Below, one piece after another: positions 56,623 to 64,000 of a stretch of 64,000 nucleotides of DNA. Position 1 is the stretch's first letter. The number at the start of each line of letters is the position of its first letter. The stretch is from Parcubacteria group bacterium. Lineage in GTDB: Bacteria > Patescibacteriota > Minisyncoccia > Moranbacterales > UBA11712. The notes beneath the pieces were generated by a model, which saw only the letters and a list, made by a program, of their open reading frames with translations, was not told where the DNA came from and ran no database searches. A program made the position numbers and the translations under genes. The stretch spans positions 163,124 through 227,123 of the forward strand of contig JBAZYY010000001.1 of NCBI GenBank assembly GCA_041659065.1, given 5' to 3'.

Positions 56623-56986
56623 GGCCGCCTCCTTTTATCAGATTTTTACAGCATATATTAACGGCAAATTGCCGTTTATGAAGTTTTTAATGATCTCATT
56701 ATATTTTTGACCCTATTTAGGGTTAAATATATCCGCAATATAAAGCAAAAAAGGATATTCCGGGAATATTTAACACTAAATGGATTTTCCGCCGATAATT
56801 AGAGATTTTTTCGTTAATAGTTAGAACATTGCATACTAAACGAAAAATTTATGTTTGTCAAGTAATTTTCTGCCTTAAATAAAGCTAATTTTTTAGCATA
56901 TTTTACTTGTTAGCACGTTTTAAAATTGAATTTTAGAACTATTTTTGGATTGACCTGCAAATATATCACCCTGTCATTATTAACCT

Positions 56987-58393
56987 CTACGGGATAATTT
57001 GCTTATCCCCTTTTAGCGGTTCTTTGCTTTCCAAAACGCTGCCATCGGCTTTTTTTATCTTAATTTCCAATGGGACTTCACCTGATCCGGATTGTTTTTG
57101 AATAAGCAGGCTGTATGGTTTTGATTTGAAATCATCCGGAAGATCATAGTCAAGCGTAATTTTCTGACTGTCTCCGATCGGGACATAAACCAGCATTCCG
57201 AAAACTTTTTTCCCAAGTTCATTCGCGAATACCACATCTCCGATTTGTCCGCTGGCGGAGTTAAGCCGCGATCCATCCGGGGCATACACCCGCAGCCAAT
57301 CCCGATAGTTTGCCGTCATCCAATCGGCTGTACGGCAAGTATGCTCATAGTTAATCTCGAGATGCGCCTTGGGCGTCTCGCCCGCCAGGTCGACTTCATA
57401 TCGCATTTCCCTCTTGATGCAAATGTCGCTCTTCAGTGAATTTAGATTCGCATCCACCGCCATGAGATAATCTTCTTTGCTTTCCGCCGTTCGCCCGCCC
57501 CAATTGATGTTTTGAATTTCCGTGTCCAAATTATTATCCTTGAAAAACATCTGAATATCTTTGGCTTTAATGTGTTCTTCGATAATCTTGGCGAGCTCCA
57601 CTTTCTGCGGCAGGGAAAAATTCCGGATTTTTTCCTCAAGAATTTTTGCGAGGTCTCCAAGAATATTTTTTCTCTCCCCTTTTTCTATGCCTTGGTCGAG
57701 ATATCCTTTTTCAACCTGATATTCGAGCTGCAGTATTGCCGTTTCGTCATTGTATTCTCCGGGGTATCCGTTAATTTTGACCGGACCAGTGATGGCGAGC
57801 AGCGAATTCAAGACATCTGTGTTTATCGCGATAATGCCATCGAAGTTCTCGCCGCCTTGGCCCAGTTTATAAAAATATTCCGCCTTTTCGGCATTGGTGC
57901 GAAAATCCGGCGACCAGTTCGAATCGCGCAACTTCCACGCCTGAAGTTTCAGAATTTTCGTGAGCGGCTCGGGCGGAACCTCGGTATTTGGAATCCTCAC
58001 ATCAAAATTACCCGTGTCATGCACTTCGATATCCGAAATCCTGCCACGGTTAAGCTTGATAATGCCGAAAGATCCGATAAATCCGCCTCCCGGTCGAAGC
58101 TCCATGTTATTTTGAAAGAGAACCAAAAAAGTTTGTTCGCCTGAAAAGCCGCCAGCTTTTTGATAGAGATCCGCCGCGGTTTGAAGTTCCTTTTTGCGTT
58201 CGGTACTGATTGGAAATAATCGAATCAAAGTTTTTATTCCCTCAATATCCCTATTTTTTATCTCCAGAAAAGCAAACCAGGCGAAAAGTAAAACCGCCGA
58301 TGCCGCCCAAAACACGATCCAAAAAACCGGCCCTTGCCTGTTCCGAGCTTTTTGCAGACTTACTTTAGCGGATTTTTCCTCAATTTTCGCCAT
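56987..58393 (-). CDS. DUF4012 domain membrane protein
   Basis: N-terminal TM. ELRPGGGFIGSFG is the DUF4012 hallmark. Confidence 0.7.
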   Translation of the reverse strand: MAKIEEKSAKVSLQKARNRQGPVFWIVFWAASAVLLFAWFAFLEIKNRDIEGIKTLIRLFPISTERKKELQTAADLYQKAGGFSGEQTFLVLFQNNMELRPGGGFIGSFGIIKLNRGRISDIEVHDTGNFDVRIPNTEVPPEPLTKILKLQAWKLRDSNWSPDFRTNAEKAEYFYKLGQGGENFDGIIAINTDVLNSLLAITGPVKINGYPGEYNDETAILQLEYQVEKGYLDQGIEKGERKNILGDLAKILEEKIRNFSLPQKVELAKIIEEHIKAKDIQMFFKDNNLDTEIQNINWGGRTAESKEDYLMAVDANLNSLKSDICIKREMRYEVDLAGETPKAHLEINYEHTCRTADWMTANYRDWLRVYAPDGSRLNSASGQIGDVVFANELGKKVFGMLVYVPIGDSQKITLDYDLPDDFKSKPYSLLIQKQSGSGEVPLEIKIKKADGSVLESKEPLKGDKQIIP

Positions 58394-58493
58394 AAAATTC
58401 CTTGAATTTGACTCTTAAGGCTATCAAAATCATATACGCTTGTCAACAAGATTTAATTGACGCCGGCGCCTGCATTTGTTATTTATAATATGC

Positions 58494-58684
58494 GCTTATG
58501 AGCGGAGTTTGAGAAATTGCAAGGTTGAGGGGTGTCGTTCGGTCCGGGAGCGCCAACGACACGACAGCTTGAGCCATCTGGGGGAGACTGGAATACAGTT
58601 CCATTTTGGCCCGCTGTCTCTCAACCCCGCATACCTCTCCTGCTTATCAACCTCTCTCCCGATAGGCAGTCTCTGCTCATAAGC
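58494..58684. ncRNA. candidate structured RNA element (~190 nt) closed by a 14-bp long-range helix; identity and strand unknown
   Basis: 58494-58507 pairs with 58671-58684 (one G-U). Nested stems are 58532-58539/58555-58562, 58582-58588/58616-58622 and hairpin 58589-58603. GC is well above background. Confidence 0.3.
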
Positions 58685-60022
58685 TGTTTCTTATTGCACG
58701 CGAGGGTTATCCACAGGAATAAATTTGACAGAGTGGATAATTTTGCAATTTTAAGGTATTATTTGGATAAAGGACTTGTCTAGCAAACCTAGCAAAAACT
58801 GTTATTTTAAAATTTCTTCGTAAATCTCAAACTCCTCACGATCCAATTCGCAAATGCAGACAGGTAGCATTCTGCGCCTGATCAGCTGGGGAATACACTA
58901 TAAGGGAGGTGGTGGCCAGAGGAAAGTTTGGCAAGGAATCGGCTATATTTTTGGAACCCCGCTTGCGGGAGCAGTTCGGTTGGCTTTGGCCATTAATCAC
59001 CACTCAATATCGTCATCGAGCGATCCCTTGTCTGGTGTGCCCTAGGCACCCCTTCACTTTTTATAGCAATTGACCAAAATATTTCGGTCTTTTTTTATAC
59101 CCCAAAATACAACAATACAAATTCGCTTGCAGTTATCTAGCATATTGTAAATGAATTTTCTAAAACATAAACGCTTAAAAATCTAAATCCGTCCCTTTTC
59201 TTTACATAGTAAACCAGCTCAATCAAATCCTACAGTATACTGTAATACTGTAGGATTTGTTAATCGCATTTTAGAATGTTTTTTTCTTTTTCAAGTCAGA
59301 GTTTAAGTTCTTAAACTAAGACTTGACAAACTCGGCGTAATAATTATTATTAAGCCAATTCTTCTTTCTAGGTATGCTTCTGCATGTGGATCCGGGCGCC
59401 TCGGGGAGTGGAGCGCACTGGGCGCTTAACTTGCCAAAGCTACAAATTAGTTATAAGGATAAGTAAGATCGCTCCCCGAGGCAAACTCTTCAAAATTATG
59501 GGCCCTGCAAGTCAAACCTGCCCCGGTCCAGCCAGATCCTTTCCAGAGCTAGCTGGTGTGCTTGCAGGGCTCCACCCGTTCTTTAGCAAGTACAATTTGC
59601 CGAGGCATTGATATCCGACACCACCATCCTCCTTTCAAGATTTGGTAGGTAAGTCGCATATTTCTTGCCTCGGCAATCCTCAATCCCGCGCGCTAATCCT
59701 AGCGCTTTTCTTTTATGTAAATCTTTTCTATACTTTAAAAGGAGGTTTCGCAAAGATTTCGCAGAGCTGACTTCGGGGGAGGTATCAGCATAGCGAAAAA
59801 AATTTCGGGAAACCGGATCGGAAACCTCTAGGGCTCGGGATAATACCCACTATCGACTGAAAGCCTTACCCACTTTCATACAACCCGATAATGGCATTAG
59901 AACGAGCCCGTCCATTTTTTTTACTCGCCTTGATTTTATTGAGACGATTTTTTTATACAAAAAAGATGCCGCGAAGCGGCACCCTAAACTTTTCACTTTT
60001 AATTTTTAACTTTAAACTTTTT

Positions 60023-61357
60023 TTATTCATACCGAAGCGCGTCCAAAGCGTGGATTCGAGAGGCGCGCCGCGCCGGCATCAGCCCGGTCACAAGCCCCAA
60101 GAAGAAGATAAAAATTACAATCGCCACCACGAAATAAGAAGGTATAAAAATGAAGTTTAGGGTCGAGTGTCCGGATCTGATTGCTAGTAGGTTGAAGATA
60201 ACATTAATCACGTATGCCGTAGCGTAACCGCCCATGAAACCGATAGCACCGCCCAGAAAACTTATTATCGCCGCTTCGAACACGAACATTTTGAAGATGT
60301 CTTTTCTTTTCGCGCCAAGCGCTTTGAGAATTCCCACTTCTTTTGTGCGTTGCAGAAGCGAAACTGAGAGCGTATTGAGCATGCCCATGGCGGAAATGGA
60401 CATAATAATCGTTCCTAAAACGATCATAGCAACACGAATGATGGTAAAAAACGAGTTGATGTCATTCACAAGATCCACTACGCTCTCCGTGACAAAGCCC
60501 ATCTGCTCGACTTGCGCCCTTATTTCACCGATATTTTTGACGTCAATCTTGAGTTTTCCGGATTGAGCGCCGGATATTCCTAAATTTTTCTGAAGATAAG
60601 GAAGCGGCAAGTATAGGTAGGTACTTTGCTCGTCCGCGATCACTCCCACCACCTTAAGCTTTCCTTTTTCCGAGGTCGTGTCTTTTTCCACGTTGGCCGC
60701 TATATCCGAAGACAGAACCATGTCGAATTCCAACTCTTTGCCCAACGCGTCCGCGGGATTCGCAAATCCCAAAAATTTCGCGAGTCTGGCTGAAATGGCG
60801 GCGGTACTGCCCTCCGGATCCCAATCCGCCGCATTGCCATTGGCAAATTTCACGTTCGCCATCTCAAGATATTCTTGATTGGTGCCATAGATAATGCTGT
60901 CAGTCTGCGAGTCAGCCCAATAAACTTTGCCGCCGGTATTCATCAAGGCGGCGATTTTTTCCACTCCCGGGATAGCTTTCAGCTTTTCAATGCTTTCGTC
61001 ATTGATGACTATAAAATTCTCGAGGTTGCTATTGCTTATGTCAACCACATCAATGGAATTGTTTTTCGTGACCTCGCTCACCACTAATTTCTGGACTCCA
61101 AATCCCAGGCAAATCAAAATGGTGATTATTCCGATCCCAATGGCCACTCCGCCAATCGTGAGGAAGGAACGAAGCTTGCTTGAACGCAGATTTCGATATC
61201 CTATATAAACCAGCATCCCCAGCCGCATTTTCGAAAGCTTTGCTCTCTTTTTTTTGACTTCGGTTTTTTTCGGATCTATTTCCCCGTTTTTTGGATTTTT
61301 TGTGGGAATATCGGCAATTTTAGATTTTTTTGAGAATGGATTTAGATTCATTTTCAA
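60023..61357 (-). CDS. ABC transporter permease, FtsX/MacB family
   Basis: N-terminal TM, a large periplasmic domain and a C-terminal FtsX-like 3-TM bundle. It is immediately downstream of the ABC ATPase. Confidence 0.75.
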   Translation of the reverse strand: MKMNLNPFSKKSKIADIPTKNPKNGEIDPKKTEVKKKRAKLSKMRLGMLVYIGYRNLRSSKLRSFLTIGGVAIGIGIITILICLGFGVQKLVVSEVTKNNSIDVVDISNSNLENFIVINDESIEKLKAIPGVEKIAALMNTGGKVYWADSQTDSIIYGTNQEYLEMANVKFANGNAADWDPEGSTAAISARLAKFLGFANPADALGKELEFDMVLSSDIAANVEKDTTSEKGKLKVVGVIADEQSTYLYLPLPYLQKNLGISGAQSGKLKIDVKNIGEIRAQVEQMGFVTESVVDLVNDINSFFTIIRVAMIVLGTIIMSISAMGMLNTLSVSLLQRTKEVGILKALGAKRKDIFKMFVFEAAIISFLGGAIGFMGGYATAYVINVIFNLLAIRSGHSTLNFIFIPSYFVVAIVIFIFFLGLVTGLMPARRASRIHALDALRYE

Positions 61358-61378
61358 AATGCATAAAAATTATTAGAT

Positions 61379-62395
61379 TCAGCTTTTTACGATTTTTCCG
61401 TCCACCATTTGAACCAAACGATTGGCATATTTGTATTGATCTTGGTTATGCGTCACCATCAGGATTGTGATATTAAACCGCTCGTTGAACTCCTTGAAAA
61501 GCTCCATTATTTCCGCGCCCGATTTTTGGTCAAGATTCCCAGTCGGCTCATCCGCGATAATAAATTTTGGGTTAAGCAGGAGCGACCGGGCCATCGCGAT
61601 TTTTTGCTGTTCTCCTCCGGAAAGGTCATACGGCCGATTGTCCGCGCGATGCTCCATATTTACCAACTGAATCAATTTGGCCGCCTTTTCCATAGCTGAG
61701 CTGAACGATTCTCCCTTGATCGTCGCGGGTATGGCCAGATTTTCAATAACCGAAAAAGATTTTACCCAAAAGGATTGCTGCGGAATAAAGCCGATATATC
61801 TGTTCCGAAAATCAGCTCTCCAGTTTTTCCCCTCCGTCCAAATATCCTTATCTTCTATAAAAACCTTCCCGCTGCTCGGCTCTTCAAGTCCGTAGATAAC
61901 ATGCAGAAGTGTTGATTTCCCGCAACCGGAAGGCCCTACCAGCATCACGAAGTCTCCCTGATCAACTTTAAAACTGACATCTTTCAAAATATTCACTATA
62001 GTATCGCCAAGTTCAAAATCCTTAATCACATTTTCAACGCTAATAATTTCCGATTTTCCCGACCGGCCTTCATAATTATGACTCAGATATTCTTCAATTT
62101 CTTTTTTGGTCAACTGCGGATTTTGTTCTCTTGCGCTTTGAACTTCTTCTTTTGGCTTTTTAACTTCGCTCACGGTTTCAGCTTTTTTTTCAGGTTTATT
62201 GCCAAAAAGAGATTTCAGCCATGAGTCTTTCTTTTTTTTATCAGACTCATAGCGAGTTCCAGTGCTTAAAAATTTATTTGGTTTGTACCGGGCAGCTGCT
62301 TTCTCGGGCAACTTTCCGTTTTGATCCGCGCCCAGCTTTTGCCAGTAATTTGTGAGCGGACTGGTCGGTTTATTTTTTATATTTTTATTATCCAC
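61379..62395 (-). CDS. ABC transporter ATP-binding protein (MacB/LolD-like) with ~110-aa Lys-rich N-terminal extension
   Basis: Walker A (LVGPSGCGKST), ABC signature (LSGGEQQKIAMARSL) and Walker B (IIADEPTGNLD) are present. Confidence 0.85.
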   Translation of the reverse strand: MDNKNIKNKPTSPLTNYWQKLGADQNGKLPEKAAARYKPNKFLSTGTRYESDKKKKDSWLKSLFGNKPEKKAETVSEVKKPKEEVQSAREQNPQLTKKEIEEYLSHNYEGRSGKSEIISVENVIKDFELGDTIVNILKDVSFKVDQGDFVMLVGPSGCGKSTLLHVIYGLEEPSSGKVFIEDKDIWTEGKNWRADFRNRYIGFIPQQSFWVKSFSVIENLAIPATIKGESFSSAMEKAAKLIQLVNMEHRADNRPYDLSGGEQQKIAMARSLLLNPKFIIADEPTGNLDQKSGAEIMELFKEFNERFNITILMVTHNQDQYKYANRLVQMVDGKIVKS

Positions 62396-62408
62396 AATAT
62401 TGAAATTA

Positions 62409-64000
62409 TTATTTTTTCCCGAATAAAGTTCCTAGCCAGCCGAATTGGCGCGAGAACGTCCCGGTCACTATTTCCGCCGCGTTAGCTTTGTTGTCTTCGA
62501 CTACGATAGTGTTTGGTTTGGCCAGAGTTTGATTTCGCGCCATATCATACGCTTCCGCCTGATAGCTATAGACTTGGCCCGCCTCCACGGGAATAGTGAT
62601 CATATGATAGGTATTGGCCGCATCCTCCGTTGTGTTTTGGTCAAAACCCGAGACTGTCACGCCCTTGCTGTAATTTATTTTCACAGCCGTAAGTTCGTTG
62701 GTTTCGATTTTGATGTATACCGTAGCCTGGGCGTCTTTTCCTCGCCCGTTCACTTTCCCGACCGCGCGATTTACAATAACTTCTGGAGGCCGGCTGTCGG
62801 AGCGAGTGGTGACTTTGATTGTCTGCGATAGCGCTTCCACTCCGGTTCCGCTGATTCCCGATAAAATCATTTCATATTCTTTGGCCGGCTCAAGGCCTTC
62901 TATCGTGGCCTTGTGCTCCGTCACGCTGTCATTCGTTAGATAATTATGATATGAGCCTTCGTCATTTGACTTGAATTTGATCAGCGTCGTCGTAGACTCA
63001 TCAGTTTTGTACGAAACATCCACCGTTGGGATATCGACGTTTTCCTTGTTTTCAACCTGCGGTTCCGACACGACTGGCTGGCGCAACGTGGTAAAAGTAT
63101 ATTCATCCGATGAAAATATATTTCCATCCCCATCAGTGCAATCCGCCATCACGTTATAGGTTGTCGAACTTTCAAGACCGTCCAACATTTCCATGTGGCT
63201 AGTCGCGGATGCTGTTTCTTCAATCGTCGAGGTATAAGCGCCTATTCCATACTTGATCGTGCAAACCGCTCCTGCGTTTGTTTTGAACCCGATGTGAGCC
63301 GAATTCAAAGCGACATCCGAAACCGCGAATTCAGAGATGGTCGGTGGCGGCAGGGTCGTTAAACTATCAACTTCTGAAGTGCCGATATTACCATCCGGAT
63401 CAATAAATTTTACGCGATAGAAATATTTCGTATCCGCCTCAAGTCCTTTCACTAAAACTTCATGGTCAGTCAGGGAATCAACCTGCCCGGTAGTCTCGCC
63501 CAGCTTAATTGTTTTTCCATATTCCACGAAAGAACTACAAACACGATTCGTCGCCCAGCTAAAAGTCGCCTGGTAAGACTGGACCGTGGTCGAGGGTTGC
63601 TGCACGATTTTCGGCGCAGTCGTGTAGCGTCCGGTCGGAGTGAGGCTCACCGTTGAAGAAGCAATTGAATAATTATTAGTTTTGTCTTTTGCTTTGACGT
63701 AATAATAATAAAGTTTGCTTTCAAGACCCGTATCCACAAAAGCCGAGCCGGTCGTCATTGCCATCTCAGCGAAGGTCGCGTTGTCTTCCGAGCGAAAAAT
63801 TGCGTATCCGGCGAAGTTTGAGGTGTCGATTCCCTCGGGTGTGCTCCATTTGACCGCTACGCTGTATTCCTGCGACTCGCGGTCGGAAGTGTCAAAGGCC
63901 TGCACATTTACGGGAACCGGCGGATTAGCCGTATCCGCCGTAAATTCGACTGAAGAGTAGAGGCTGTAGTCAATATTTCCCGATTCATCTTTAGCGACAA
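62409..64000 (-). CDS. secreted protein with tandem fibronectin type III-like beta-sandwich repeats (5' end beyond window)
   Basis: A repeated ~90-aa pattern (...YYYYVKAKD..., ...KYFYRVKFID..., ...SYQAEAYD...). The reading frame is open upstream of the GTG at 63903-63905 to the window edge. Confidence 0.55.
   Translation of the reverse strand, partial: VAKDESGNIDYSLYSSVEFTADTANPPVPVNVQAFDTSDRESQEYSVAVKWSTPEGIDTSNFAGYAIFRSEDNATFAEMAMTTGSAFVDTGLESKLYYYYVKAKDKTNNYSIASSTVSLTPTGRYTTAPKIVQQPSTTVQSYQATFSWATNRVCSSFVEYGKTIKLGETTGQVDSLTDHEVLVKGLEADTKYFYRVKFIDPDGNIGTSEVDSLTTLPPPTISEFAVSDVALNSAHIGFKTNAGAVCTIKYGIGAYTSTIEETASATSHMEMLDGLESSTTYNVMADCTDGDGNIFSSDEYTFTTLRQPVVSEPQVENKENVDIPTVDVSYKTDESTTTLIKFKSNDEGSYHNYLTNDSVTEHKATIEGLEPAKEYEMILSGISGTGVEALSQTIKVTTRSDSRPPEVIVNRAVGKVNGRGKDAQATVYIKIETNELTAVKINYSKGVTVSGFDQNTTEDAANTYHMITIPVEAGQVYSYQAEAYDMARNQTLAKPNTIVVEDNKANAAEIVTGTFSRQFGWLGTLFGKK

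Noticed and set aside
58430-60022. tmRNA, RNase P RNA or SRP RNA assignment for the GC-rich blocks
   Set aside because: I could not find a T-arm (GGTTCGAATCC-like) plus tag-ORF architecture. I could not find both P4 strands of RNase P. I could not find the conserved SRP domain IV sequence. Only partial resemblances exist, so it is left as unassigned candidate ncRNA.
1-64000. CRISPR arrays or a recoded genetic code (UGA as sense codon)
   Set aside because: No regularly spaced direct repeats with unique spacers were seen. The tandem repeats found are 351-bp gene duplications and ~57-bp in-frame repeats. Conserved genes end in TGA (infA) or TAG (valS), and long ORFs are intact under the standard code.

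Overview
This is a 64 kb, AT-rich window (about one-third GC by eye) with dense, mostly minus-strand coding. TGA, TAG and TAA all serve as stops (infA ends in TGA), so the standard bacterial code applies. Gene content (many N-terminally extended ribosomal proteins, DUF4012, sortase/LPXTG, small GIY-YIG genes, PEGA protein) suggests a small-genome Patescibacteria/CPR-like bacterium; this is inference only. The core genes are ispH (partial), valS, pheT, pheS, an adenosine-deaminase-family gene, a membrane-anchored ClpB-like AAA+ ATPase, ricT-tsf-rpsB, rpmE, two GNATs, a SAM-MTase, prfA-prmC, a ribosomal/rpoA block (rpsI, rplM, rplQ, rpoA, rpsD, rpsK, rpsM, rpmJ, infA), an ftsA-like gene, a cell-wall amidase, a GT4 plus dTDP-rhamnose (rmlACBD) cluster, a sortase with an LPXTG substrate, DUF4012 and a MacB-type ABC exporter. 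The most interesting stretch is a ~9 kb accessory island (about 9.9-19.1 kb) inserted between the ClpB-like gene and a tRNA-Tyr/tRNA-Thr locus and bounded by diverged direct repeats. It is built from promoter-plus-hairpin-delimited gene cassettes sharing a module of tandem TTACGTAA palindromes upstream of a GC-rich promoter spacer; it carries a DpnI-like methyl-directed restriction gene set, a DUF3800 protein, a C39-like peptidase and a repeat-truncated defence-type ATPase. Next to it, tRNA-Tyr is embedded in tandem 351-bp duplications of a GIY-YIG nuclease gene plus tRNA half-copies. Other oddities are GC-rich small-ORF islands inside an AT-rich genome, a 23-nt repeat preceding two putatively inserted genes in the rhamnose operon, and a 1.6 kb gene-free, stem-rich region (58.4-60.0 kb) with a DnaA-box pair and candidate structured RNAs.
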